The translations under genes were made by a program, and so were the position numbers. From the NCBI GenBank assembly GCA_032718475.1, contig JAUCBJ010006816.1, forward strand, positions 60,162-124,161: a DNA stretch of 64,000 bases, read 5' to 3'. Below, in pieces: positions 21,009-35,300 of this stretch; position 1 is the first letter of the stretch; each line of letters begins with the position of its first letter. Origin of the DNA: Nemertoderma westbladi. Taxonomy: Eukaryota; Animalia; Xenacoelomorpha. Under the pieces are notes generated by a model. That model was not told the origin of the DNA and ran no database searches. It worked only from the letters and a program-made list of their open reading frames with translations.

Positions 21009-21393
21009 GGCCCATGTGAAGAATACCAGACATTCTGCCGTTATATTTCACTTTGCAGTTACCCCCATGTGAAGAATACCAGACTTTCTGCCGTTATATT
21101 TCACTTTGCAGTTACCCCCATGTGAAGAATACCAGACAATCTGCCGTTATATTTCACTTTGCAGTTACCCCCATGTGAAGAATACCAGGTTTTCACCAAA
21201 AGCACAGGTTACAGAAGGGCTGAATCTAACCAAAACAATAAACGAATTAGTATATGTACAGGTTATAAGACTGAAATAAGCGCTATAAAACACGTAATAA
21301 AGATAAATTAAAAAAAAATAAAAAATCTTCATATATAAAATACCAATAAAAAGTCGACCGAAAAGTGAAATCCTGGTATTCTTCACATGGGCG
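21009..21393 (+). mobile_element. MITE with GGCCCATGTGAAGAATACCAG TIRs, 53-bp subterminal tandem units and 8-bp TSD AGATGATG (Merlin-like?)
   Basis: TIRs at both ends; TSD at 21001-21008 and 21394-21401; relatives at 29608-29877, ~33300-33936 and ~45600-45681. Confidence 0.85.
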
Positions 21394-22519
21394 AGATGAT
21401 GACATTTTTGAATACTAAATCCACTATATTTAATAAATACTAATTAGTATGTAAGTATTCTCAGTTCGTATGATGATTATGAGGGGGAATGAAGTATTCT
21501 TAGTCCAGGGGTGGTGGTGTACTCTGTGATATATTTTTGGTATGTCCTAAACAAAATATTTTATTTGTAGTTATACAATATTATATTATTTAAAAAAATA
21601 ATATTTTAAATGAAATCATGGATCACATCCTAAGGCAATATAATCTTTAGCGAATAGTAATTTAAAAGGGGAATGGTTATTCTAATTAGCCAATAATAAT
21701 AAATTGCTTATTATTTAACCTACGTTGACTGACTATACATATACACTATATATATCATATACTCTTATTTATTCCACGAGAGTTAAACAAATAACAAACA
21801 AAATTGTTCTAGAACACATTTTTGAGTATAAAATAAACAATAACATAACAGTTTATAAGAAATTACCGAGAATGTGAAAGTCCCATAGAACATAATCTTG
21901 AAACCGAAACTCTCAAGTAATTGGTAGTTTTTAAATCAAATCAACCATAACCACCATCCATAAGTTATCACAATAACGAAAGGGGTTGAACAGTATAGTT
22001 GCGAAGTGATGAGTATTTGCCCTTGGGAGTTAGTGTGGCACCTTCCTGCCTTCCTGTCAGCCAAGAGAAAGAAAGGATTCTTCGGGTTTTCATCTGTGTT
22101 TCGTGTTGAACGAACACCTTAACTACATAATGCATGAAAGTAAACGGAAAAATAAGTAAATCAGATTTTTGAACGTATATCGTATTGTCAAACCGCCGAT
22201 GAGTCGAGAATAGAGACAAAAGTTATCACCCATTTCGTTAGCATTTATCTCCTTCAGTATATGTCAAACCATCTGTCCTGTCGTCTGTCAGTTTGTTTGT
22301 ATGCAACAGAATAACCTATCAAAGTACAGAACTCAATTAATTAATAATTCACGCAACATATGATTGTCTCTGAAATTGTCTCTGGAGACAGGTGGGGGAA
22401 GGGGTGGGGAGGACCGCTTGATTTACATCTCGGCGAATGAATAATTCAACTCATTGCGTGTTTATGCTCGAGAAAGAGGGGACGCTAATACAATCTCGGA
22501 TTTATATTTGGTCAATTTA

Positions 22520-25500
22520 GGGCATTATTGAAAAGTCATTTCTGGTAACGCACGGAATATGAACGCTCCTTTGTTCGTTTTTGTTCGCTTAAATTTATAT
22601 TTTTGTATTACCAAGTTGATGAAATTATTCTATATCACTAACTAATTAATTTTTCATTTTTATTTTCAGTCCTAACATTATATTAATGGAAATAATTCAA
22701 TATTTAGTTTCGGTAACGCACGGATTGAACTTTGACAAAAAAATAGACCAAAATGGTAATCTCAATATCATTCGAGTTCCCCTACTAAACTGGTTTAAAA
22801 ATTGTGTACTGGTAGAGCAATAACCCATCTAACTGCTCCATTAATTTTAACGATCAAAGTCAAAGAGAAAGTGGAAAACTTTCAATTTTACTAAATGTGG
22901 CTCCCGTAACGCACGGAAAGTAACGCACGGATAATATTTGGAGTTCAAAATTTCTCAATATCAAATGATGGACAGCACTAATTACGTGCCATATGATGGA
23001 TAAATTAACAAAATTAATGTAGTATAAAATGATATATTTCTTCAGACACCCATTCAACTATTAGAAAGCCATTTAAACGAAACTGCTCCTCAAAATGTAC
23101 CCTGAATAATTACTACTGTAGTAAAGTTATCACTGATATGGTTTACACTGGGCTTCTACAGTTAGTATATAGGCAAGCCTTTATGGTTTATTAACAATAA
23201 ACCATAATAATCCTATAGGCTATGGAAGAGCGCTGGACTATACTGTAGACTGTAGCGACAGTCTAAAAGAAAGAAACAAATTAAATACATTCATTAGTCT
23301 TAATGATACAGTATAACATTCATAGTATCGAGTGTTTAACAGAGCAAGTTATGTTTGACCTTCATTGATTGAATCAATTATTCTGCAACCAATATATAAT
23401 TTAATTTTTTAGACATATTTCTATTTTTTTGCCGGACTAACAAAATTTTGATATTTGATAGACAGTTTCGTTATTATTAAATAATAATAGGATAGGTTCG
23501 TTATTATCAAAAAAATATTACTTTTATTAAACTGTTACCAACTGAAATATAACTAAATAACACGACGTACTTTTTTTAACAAATACTGGATGCAAACATA
23601 TTAACAAAAAACACTAACTGAAGGCCTATTTTAATCAAAATTAATTAAATTAATTAATTAATTAATTTATTAATTTATTTAAATTAATTAAATAAAATTA
23701 ATTAAAATCAGAGAAGTTGACGTCAAATTTGTACACACCTCGTTGTGAAGGAGGCGGAGTAGGTAGTAGACCTGAAATTTATTTGTAATTCACAGTATAC
23801 TCATCCGGAACGGCTGGGTAAGTGAAACCAATTTCCCCATGAAATGTGATATGTTTTCGCAGAAATCGCAAGGTGAAGTCCTGAGAATCTACTTTATCCT
23901 CTGCAGATACAATATTGCCAACACAATAGAATTTTCGGCCCTCATCCGTCTGAAATTCGACCAAAGCAAATCTTCCTGGAACAATTTCCTTCAGGAAAGG
24001 ATATCTCAGAACGTTTGGAATCTCAGGACTCCAAATAACAGTTTCATCAAATTCGACCACAGTTTCATTACATTCATTATCATCAATATAGTTAACATCC
24101 ACCTCACCATTAACTAAAATCGATTTGATGGCGATCGGTTTCTCATTATTACCACCAACAACAGAGTTGTTATAGTGGCTAAACTGATAAAACTTAATCT
24201 CACTTGGTGCGAAAACAACCTGATGTACTTTCAATACAAGAAAAGACGAGAAGACGAGAAATCGACCTTCTCCTGAAACTCCCGGACGGCTTCCCGATCA
24301 ATATACTCTATTTCGATGTTCAGGCTCTCTAAGTTAGATGCAAAATTTTCAAAATGTTTGGCACTATCGATTACAACTAAATCACTGACCACTCGACGGT
24401 AAACAGCTCGCTTCACTAGACCGCCCACACCATCATGCGGTCCCTTGAAGTGATGCGCTTCTCCAAAGTTCAAAAACTTCTCATCCGCCATTAAGTAGTT
24501 TGTTTCGAACAAATGAAAGGCATACCGTGATCTAAACTGCGCAGTACAGCCATCACTCCAGAAATGAATTGTTCGAAATGGAATTACACGGTTACTATTT
24601 AACTTAGAAATGGGATAGTGGTGCAGCGTACCTACCACTCTACCAGTACTTCATTACACAACTGAGAATGGTATATCAGTATATGGTAACTTGAATTTGA
24701 ATACATAATACATTACAATAATTTAATACATTACTGCATTATGGGGCATTAGCCTAATCTAATAGTACCAGCTGCCAGCAGACCAGTAGTCTGTAGTCAA
24801 TAATAGTCATACTCATAGTTCAGTAGTTACATTTTGTTTTTGTTGGCCTACACTATACTATACTACTTTTGTAGGCCTGTACAACCTGTACCAGTATGAG
24901 CCTAGGCCTAGATTACCCTAAAAACAGTCCTTTGGTCCCAGTTGGATAGGCTGGCCTGCAGGTATTAAGTAGCTTTTCTAACTAATTGTCAGTGTACCGG
25001 TATAGACTGGACCTACAGACCTAATACAGTGTATAATGAAAAGGCTAGGCTTGAATGTTGTAAGAGTCGACTTACTCTACATACACAACACAATCATGTC
25101 ATACTGTATGTCATACCAGTTCAATATTACATTGGTCATCATTCCTCATTTACATCCAAGAGGGTCGAAAGAAATTTAATAGTAACGCACGGAACTGATA
25201 ATATGTAAGTATGTAACGCACGGAACTGACAATATGTAACGCATGGAATAACTTTGACGTCCAAATTCGGTACAAAGAAACCCGAAAATGATAACACAAA
25301 CAAATAGGGAGGGATCAAAATGCTCAAAACCCGAACTTTTAAAAGTTTGAAGTCACTAATCCAATTGGAAGAATCAAAAAAATAAACTTTTGTACAAAAA
25401 AAGTAACGCACGGAAAGTAACGCACAGAATCGAACAGGGGGTGCTAGAACTCCTATTTCTAACGGGATACACAAGGAATGGATAGTGCAGATCGATTCCT

Positions 25501-25780
25501 TACCACTCAAAACATGGGGTTTCAAAAAAACCGCACACAAAAAGGACGATTATTAAGCATTTTAATGGAAGTTAATTTGCACTTCTTAAGATTTTTTTTT
25601 GTGGCATGTTGCACGACACATTTTTAAAGTTTATCAAATTTATTGCAGGATCCAATAACGTTAGTTTAAACGCAACAAAATATGTGATTTAATATATGCT
25701 TTACACAATAGCACAAAAAAAATCGGAAAATTGAAACACTTTTTTGAAGTGAAAAATGTTACACCTTTTCAATAATGCCC
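22520..25780 (-). mobile_element. Sola2-like DNA transposon relic with 16-bp TIRs (GGGCATTATTGAAAAG) and 4-bp TSD TTTA
   Basis: TIRs at 22520-22535 and 25765-25780 with TTTA on both flanks; internal transposase fragments. Confidence 0.78.
23779..24585 (-). pseudogene. Frameshifted DDE transposase fragment (Sola2-like)
   Basis: IHFWSDGCTAQFRSR ... EAHHFKGPHDGVGGLVKR; two ORFs joined by a frameshift at ~24232; N-terminus missing. Confidence 0.75.
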
Positions 25781-26199
25781 TTTAACAATTTATATATTTT
25801 CTTAGGTTTATACATTTACTTAGAGTTGGTGGATATTTATTAAAATTTAATTCCCAATACACAGTATCTTGTTGTCCTGTTCAAACACGACGCAACCCAC
25901 CGACGAAATAAAATAACTGATTTCTAATGAAGTATATAATTTTTAAAGATTGTGATACATATTGCGTATTTCAATCATGATATGCATATAACTATAACTA
26001 CCTATATACAATTATGATTACATATAATATACAATTATTAGTTAATATATAATAATTATTGATAAAGAGTTGACTTTCTATTATTGGAAATGCTCCATTA
26101 AACAGAGCCAAGGTTATGGAACACTTGTTTATTGTACTTTATATTATAATAATCTAAATTATATTATTAATTATATTATCTTCTACGTAAAATATTACT

Positions 26200-26349
26200 C
26201 TACTCAAGTTCCTCTCCGTCATCCTCGTAGTCTACAACTTCGTCTAACTCATCCAGGGTCCTTTGGTTCCGTAATTCGCTTAATTTGGGCCGCGGTTGGA
26301 GGCTGGCCAATGATATCTCTAGTCGAGTCATCCTCTGCTTCAAACGTTT
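26200..26349 (-). CDS. CNGA: CNG channel exon 11 (CLZ end, stop)
   Basis: TTGCAG acceptor; [11 protein letters not shown]... ending in TAG. Confidence 0.88.
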   Translation of the reverse strand, partial: KRLKQRMTRLEISLASLQPRPKLSELRNQRTLDELDEVVDYEDDGEELE

Positions 26350-29300
26350 CTGCAATAATTTAAAGATATTTAGTTTGTTTTTGTAAGAAAGAATTTATTG
26401 CAGCTTGAAAAACAATCCGAATAGGTAAAACATTAAAACTCCGAATCAATAGTCGTTGTTGTAAGTCATCTTTATAGAGAAGGCCTATCTATGTTTCACG
26501 TATTAGGTAGGTTTTACTGTAAAAACGAACTAGAGATAATAGGCCTAGGCCTACTGTTCTTAGCTCTACTGATGCAATGTCACACAAACTCCAGATCCAA
26601 TAGGAGTTATTGAGTATAATCTGAGCCTTGATCGCTGTTGTGCTTGAGACAAGTCGGCCCTTTCAGTACTAAATATAATTAAATTTAAAGATATTAATTA
26701 ATTAATTATCTATTATTATATTCTGAAAACGCAGATAATCCTTGTCACGTTTCTACTTTGATAACTGGGGTGTGTGCGTGTGTGCCCGTATATTTGTCTT
26801 TAACCTCATAATTTTAAAATGTGTATGTTGTGGCTGTTGGAGGTATTAAATTAGTTATGCTATAAAAAATAAATAAGTAAAAAAATATAATAAAAATAAT
26901 AAAATAAAATATATTAATAAAATAAATAACTAAATAAGAATTAATTGAAAAAAACTGTAATAAAATAAAAAAATTGAGAAAATTAAAATAAATTGTGAAT
27001 AAAAGATAAATTATTAATAAATTATATTCATAACAATATTACTTTCGCTCACCGGTGTTGTATAACATCTCTTTTCGGCCCGCAATTGTTGTATAACATT
27101 TTACTAAGGTTCACCTGGGTTCTATAATATTACTTTACGCCCCCCTTACGGCTCACCTGTGTGTGGTATAATATTACTTTACGCCCCCCTTACGGCTCAC
27201 CTGTGTGTGTTATAATATTACTTTACGCCCCCCTTACGGCTCACCTGTGTGTGGTATAATATTACTTTACGCCCCCCTTACGGCTCACCTGTGTGTGGTA
27301 TAATATTACTTTACGCCCCCCTTACGGCTCACCTGTGTGTGGTATAATATTACTTTACGCCCCCCTTACGGCTCACCTGTGTGTGGTATAATATTACTTT
27401 ACGCCCCCCTTACGGCTCACCTGTGTGTGGTATAATATTACTTTACGCCCCCCTTACGGCTCACCTGTGTGTGGTATAATATTACTTTACGCCCCCCTTA
27501 CGGCTCACCTGTGTGTGGTATAATATTACTTTACGCCCCCCTTACGGCTCACCTGTGTGTGGTATAATATTACTTTTCGGCTCACCTGTGTTGTACAGTA
27601 CTCCTTATAGAGTCGTGTAAATTTATCCAAGGCTGACGTATAAGAATTCTCCATCTTATCCAGTTTGTGTTCGACATCGTTTGCATCGAGACCGGCGCTA
27701 CTCTCCAACTCTTTGCTATACAAGTTATCTCTCTGTGAATAATAAATCCTTTACTTTACATTGTTACTTTACTTTGCGTGCGGGATTATATCAAGGTATC
27801 GATGTAGCAAGCAGGTTTTATTTCAATTTATTTGGATAAAAAAAACATAGATTAATTTTATGGATAAAAATGTTACATAGAGTATTACATCTATACAGAC
27901 TTCTACAGTTCATCTGTCTGCCGCTAGGTGGCGAATTCACAGAAAGAGAAAATTAGCTGTAATTATAGAACCAACCATCAGATTCATCTGACATTTGGTA
28001 GTAGTAACATGCGGCATTTCTTAAAAGTTGGTAGACAGTGAATCTAGACAACCCTCAAGAAATGTCTGATCGTAAGAGCTCATAAGCTCTATGGACGGCT
28101 TGCTTGAGCACGTGGATGACTTCTACTACTTGGGATCATGGATCAGAAAGTAAGGTGAAGACCTTCGGATACGTAAGGGAAAGGCATGGGGAGCGTTAAA
28201 TAGTCTGTCCAGGATTTAGAAGTCCCATAGAATAAAACGGAATCTTAAGGTTCAATTATTTATGGCCTCAGTAGTACCAGTGCTCTTATGGGAGTCCATG
28301 CTGCGCTCTAACTGCTGAGGACACCAAATCTCTGGATGGCACATTCACAAGAATGCTACGCCGGATTCATTGTGTCAAGTACAATGAACACATCTCAATC
28401 AGACTCTATACAACATTGGAGATGTTCCATTAGTCTCCCCTAGATAGACACTTGAACGGAACCGCCTCCGCTTCGCAGGACATTGCTTTCGCCGTGAGGA
28501 CCAGCCAGTGCATAATCTTGTGGTTTGGCGGCCTCATGGAGTGAATAAGCATGGTGGACAGCCCATGACTTCTTGAGACGCATCTTAAAAGACACAGGCC
28601 TTGAAGATGCGGATGATCTAGCAAATGTCATGGGTGATAGGGAGTTGTGGCGGCGCAATTTTGTCTACAAGCCGGCACAGCATTGTTAATATATGTAATA
28701 TATATAATGCAGCTAGTTGCATTACAGATCTCGTCTAAATATTGGCGTTTAAATTATATAAATGTAACACTCCCCAAATTATAATCTCATAAAGTTTCAC
28801 ATATAATCGATGTAGTCATATTCATGGACTGTAATAGAGTTTATATAATATAATTTCTAGGGTATAAATAATTAATATTCAAGAAGTCCATGGCCTATTT
28901 TATAACATCAACGTTTTACAATGTCTCTAATTATACTCGAGTATTCTAGACCCACTAGGGCCAACACTAATGCCTTGCGCTCTCCATCTGGACTGCAAAA
29001 CGAGATGTAATTAGAGTTTTTTTTTATTAGTTTAAGTTTATTTTTAATAAGTTTATTTATTGTCAGTATATTGAAGTGGTCGTTCACTAGAGCGAGTAAA
29101 CATATATTCAAGCAATAAAAATCCACATTACCGGTAGGATGTCCGAGAAGAATGTTAACGTAACTACAGTACTGGCTGACTGCCTTCAGTTAGCCGATGC
29201 AACTGTCAGATATTGACTGTCTCGTTCTGGGTTGCTAGGCAACCTTAGTAACACTCAGTTTTACCCCGGTTCGATATGTACAGTATGTAAGGTGATGCCT

Positions 29301-32300
29301 CTACAATATTATATTAAATTATAGTTAATATTTAACATTAAATATTATTTTGGTTTTTAATGTTAACCTGAAGCAGTGCTTTTCCTCTGTCGTATAGTTT
29401 CTGCTTCGCGTCTGGGTATTCCTTTAAGGCATCCCACAAGTCGTTTTTGGATAAAATAAAGAGATCGGAATAGCCAACACTCCTAACGTTGGCGGTTCTA
29501 CGGTTACCATTTATATTTCCTAAAAAATAATATTATGAAATAATAATATGAATAGTCGTGTTAAGAGATGTGCCTATCTTTCAGCTCTTTTATAAATTAA
29601 CTAATTAGGCCCATGTCAAGTATCCACAGACTTTCTGCTATTATATTTTACTTTACAGTTTATCACCATGTAAAGAAGATCAGGTTTTCACTAAAAACCC
29701 ACATTACAGTTTAGTGGTGCTAAATATAACAAAAACAAATAAACGAATTAGAATCTGCACATATAAATAAGAAATGAGCGCTATAAAACTCAAAATAAGA
29801 AAAAATAAAAAAAAATAGAAAATTCTTCATATATAAAATTTCATTAACAAGTGAAAACCATGAATTCTTCATGAGCGTCCAATTATATCGTCCCTTTCAT
29901 TTTCAAACAACCTAATTGACAAAATTGACTTTTCTGTAAAACGGCATTTTCGATTCTAATTTTGTTTGAAAGTAATATATTCCAGGATTTTGGTCTTATT
30001 TACCTTTAAATCCATTAAATGTAACGATTCTAAACAAAAACAGCTATGGTAATGGAATTATGTAACATATTAGGTAGGAAACAATGTATAGGGATATACA
30101 GTAGGTTGTTTCAAAAAAATATTACATTTTTTACAATGATTACTCAAAAAGCATTAAAACTCTTAAGACAAATTCGATTATTAAGTTTTAAAAATATAAA
30201 ACAAATCTCCCCCTATCATAATAAACAACAATTCTACCTCCTGACTCGTTGTTTCCTATTTTATATCAATGTTTCCCGGCCTTACCTTATTTATAATAGT
30301 AAAATGTATTATATAGGTTGTTTTAAAAAAAAAAAACATTTCTTTATAATGCGGTCTATACAAAACTGGCATATAGGTGGTTTTGAAACGATAAATATCT
30401 CAGTTATACGTGGGAACATGGCCTTCTAAGTGAGTTAATCGGATTCAGAATACATTTTAACATAAAGAAAATGCAGAAATCTCCATTTCGGCAAAATTGG
30501 CATTTAGGTGGTTTCTAATTGAAAGGGACGATATATAAACAATAATTATAGCCAATTCAAATAAACTACGATGCATAAAAAAAATACTGTATAAATCACA
30601 GATATTGAACTTATATTTAATAAAATATGTACCGGTACATATAAATATTGATTATTAACGAAATACTACTTTAGAGTTAGCAAACTAATAATTATAATAT
30701 TCTTACTGTTCAGTATGGGACACAACCTATCCCCGAAGAATAATGTAATTTTTTAAATCTAATGGGAATAGTTTTTAATTTGAACTCCAGGAACGAGCGG
30801 CCACGGTAGGTAATACAACATTTTGCTACTGCGACCCCAAATTTACGGGAAATGATAAAAAGTTACTTATTTGTATGCCTCTAACCCGTTCCCCAGAGGA
30901 GTGTGATAATTATATTTAATAATAAAAGGTAACCTGATATATTTAGTATGCTTATTTCTCCGAAGTATGCCCCATCTGTGAGAGTAGCGTAAACAGTCTT
31001 AGAGTCTTCGGAAACGACATTAATCTTGCCCTGTTTCACGATGTACATCTCCTTACCAACATCTCCTTTGCGACAAATATAGTCCCCCGGACTATAAACC
31101 TGATAATATTATGTAATATAAAGTATATTATAATTTATTACTGAAATATGAAATTAGTAAAAGTAGTTTATTAAAAAAACTAAATTTTGTCATCAATACG
31201 ATTTACAGTTAAACCAAGTTGAGGTTTTAGTTTAACCACTATTCGACTTGTACCAACCTACTACGGTTTAAGTTTGATAACTATTTCTTCATTAAACCAA
31301 CCTTTGGTTTGAGTTTGAGTTTGAGCACGACATCTATTTTAACGGACCTGTGGTTTGAGTTTCAGTACTACCTATTTGAACGTACCTTTGGTTTGAGTTT
31401 GAGCACTATTTCTATTTGAACGAACCTGTGGTTTGAGTTTGAGCACTATTTCTACTTGAACGTGCCTGGGGTTTGAGTTTGAGCACTATTTCTACTTGAA
31501 CGAACCTGTGGTTTGAGTTTGAGCACTATTTCTATGAGCAGGCCGGGCTCACAGTCGGCGAACAGTGTGACCCGTTTCAGGGTCTCTAGATGAACGTTTA
31601 TCGCGATTTCCGCTCTCAACTTGTCTGGAAGAACCTCCAACACATCATCTTCCCGAACCGATTTGTTGTTCGTCCAGATATAATCGAACCAGTTTACAAC
31701 TCGGGACTGAAGTTGCCCTTCCACTTTACTAAGGAATAGAATTAATAAAAAAATCAAATAGTACAACATAATTACTAATAATAATTACTAATAATAATTA
31801 CTAATAATAATTACTAATAATAATTACTAATAATAATTACTAATGATAATTACTAATAATAATTATTAATAATAATTACTAATAATAATTACTAATGTTA
31901 ATTACTAATAATAATTATTAATAATAATTACTAATAATAATTACTAATAATAATTACTAATAATAATTACTAATAATAATTACTAATAATAATTACTAAT
32001 AATAATTACTAATAATAATTACTAATAATAATTACTAATAATAATTACTAATAATAATTACTAATAATAATTACTAATAATAATTACTAATAATAATTAC
32101 TAATAATAATTACTAATAATAATTACTAATAATAATTACTAATAATAATTACTAATGATAATTACTAATAATAATTACTAATAATAATTACTAATAATAA
32201 TTACTAATAATAATTACTAATAATAATTACTAATAATAATTACTAATAATAATTACTAATAATAATTACTAATAATAATTACTAATAATAATTACTAATA

Positions 32301-35300
32301 ATAATTACTAATAATAATTACTAATAATAATTACTAATAATAATTACTAATAATAATTACTAATAATAATTACTAATAGTAATTACTAATAATAATTACT
32401 AATAATAATTACTAATAATAATTACTAATAATAATTAATAATAATAATCACTAATAATAATTACTAATAATAATTACTAATAATAATTACTAATAATAAT
32501 TACTAATAATAATTACTAATAATAATTACTAATAATAAACAAAAAAAATATTTTAATACCAAAATATATTTATTTATTTATTTATTTTTATTTATTTATT
32601 TATTTATTCCAGGCCCACTGGCCCATATTAAAATACAGTATATACATACATATAATATTACAAAATATATAAATACGAAGTACAGAAGATATAGGCTGAT
32701 TAATTATGCAAGTAACTAAGTAAGTAATTCACAGTTATTAAACAATAGCTCTAATTCTAGATGCTCTTTTTACCGCCTTGGATACAACAGATATAACGTT
32801 ATTGCCGGTTGCGTTAATCCTATCAAATAGGCTAACAATCGATCCGTATCTAATATGGAAAAAAACATGGTAAACTATGTTCTCCAACGAATAACGACAT
32901 ACTATGGCCCGGGCCTCTTGGTATGGAAAATAGAAGGCGCGCAGCAGTATTACAGGCTATTCTAATACGATTGTAAACATTACTGGAATAATTAAGTCGT
33001 GACCACAAGGATATAACGGTGTAATATAAGACCTAAATAATTTAACTTTAACAACATCTGAACAGTTTTTAAATCTACGTAATAATCAGTTAGCACGTGC
33101 ATACAGCCCTCTATTTATATTTTTAATTTATATTTTTAATATTTATTTCCACAAATTAAAATATTTAAACATTGCTACTTGGACCATACTACACACTTTT
33201 GAACATTTTCAAATTTCTAATTAAAAGTTTGGAATTTCTATAATTCAATATTTAATGTTAAGAATATTATATTTTTAATATATTTTTATTTTATTGAAAT
33301 TTTATTATATTTTTTTAAATTTCACCTTATTAAGTGTTTTATAGCGCTAATTTTTATCTTACAACCTGTACATATACTAATTCGTTTATTGTTTTGGTTA
33401 GATTCAGCCCTTCTGTAATCTGAGTTTTAAGTCAAAACCTGATATTCTTCACATGGGGGTAACTGCAAAGTGAAATATAACGGGAGAAAGTCTGATATTC
33501 TTCACATGGGGGTAACTGCAAAGTGAAATATAATGGCAGAAAGTCTGGTATTCTTCACATGGGGGTAACTGCAAAGTGAAATATAATGGCAGAAAGTCTG
33601 ATATTCTTCACATGGGGGTAACTGCAAAGTGAAATATAATGGCAGAAAGTCTGGTATTCTTCACATGGGGGTAACTGCAAAGTGAAATATAACGGCAGAA
33701 AGTCTGGTATTCTTCACATGGGGGTAACTGCAAAGTGAAATATAATGGCAGAAAGTCTGATATTCTTCACATGGGGGTAACTGCAAAGTGAAATATAATG
33801 GCAGAAAGTCTGATATTCTTCACATGGGGGTAACTGCAAAGTGAAATATAATGGCAGAAAGTCTGGTATTCTTCACATGGGGGTAACTGCAAAGTGAAAT
33901 ATAACGGCAGAAAGTCTGGTATTCTTCACATGGGCCAATATTATTAATTTTAAATACAAATTAATTGATTATTATTATAATTACATACCGGAATGACATA
34001 TATTGTTTGACGCCGTCCAATTGGCTTTGATACTCTGTTTGATGGAGATTCATATTGGTGATGACACCGCCGACACCGCCAACAACAGTAGCGAATATGA
34101 CGACACCAATGAGAAAGTCAACGATCATAAACACATGTTCTAGATCCTCGTCCGGATCTGGCGTCTCTCCTATGGTAGTCAGAGTCAACGTACTCCAATA
34201 CATCGCGTAGGCGTATTTAAACGTAATATCGTATGCTCGCGGTCCTGTTATGGTTTCATTATTACAATAGGCCCATTGGGTTTTACATAAACCGATAACT
34301 TTCTCGCTAAACACGTAATACAAGCAGGCGTTTATATGTATTATAACAATTATATATATACATAAATTTATAATTCGGAAAAGATTAGGGAGATTAGTCC
34401 TTGTGTCCATGCCGACAAAGAATTCCGACATTCGGTAGACCTTTAGGAGTCTGTTGAACCGCATTCCAAGTGAAACAATCGGGTCGTTGGTTGCTATGAG
34501 AACTATATAGCCAATAGGGAGGATCGCCAATATATCGGCTTTGAATTTCCATGTTTTGATGTAGTTTTTCGCGAGTTTTCTTTTGCTAAAGACGACGAGA
34601 CCTTGTTCCAGATATGCTGCAAATAAAATAACTTAGTATATATATAGTATATAGTAAAAATAAAATAATAGGAAGGCATTAATATTGCAGAAATTATTCA
34701 TTATTATTTATTATTATTAATTACAGAGATTATTATTTTTTTATATTATTATAGTATATAGTGTATATATATAGGATATAGTATATATATATAGTATATA
34801 TTTATAGTCGTTTAATATAATTTTTGTGGGGATCACACTTTTCGGTATCGGAATCGGGATTACAATTTTGGATTAAATTCCTCAAAGTTAATAGTATATG
34901 TGGCGGGTTTTGGTTAACACTCACTTTATCTTAAAGTTCTGAAATATTAGTAAGATAAAGTTATATTAAAATTATTTTGTAATAGATTAGTGAATGGTTT
35001 ACTGACGTAAAAAATTCGGTATAATCAAAACATTCCTGTTCTGCTGCAACTATTTATCAGATATTCAACAAATTTACTTGACTTTTTATTCTTCGGGATC
35101 TCGTTCCAAAAAAGTTGGGATCGGGAAAGGGATTGCATTTTTTGCCGCGATCCCGGTTTTTGGGGATCTCGTTTAAACAATAATAATGTGCCTGAAAGGC
35201 TAACACTTGATTGAATATACATTAATGAATGGTATAATCGTTTAGGCTCTTTTAAGCCAAGGAATGCCTGTATACCACCATAGGTGGGTGATCTTCCACA

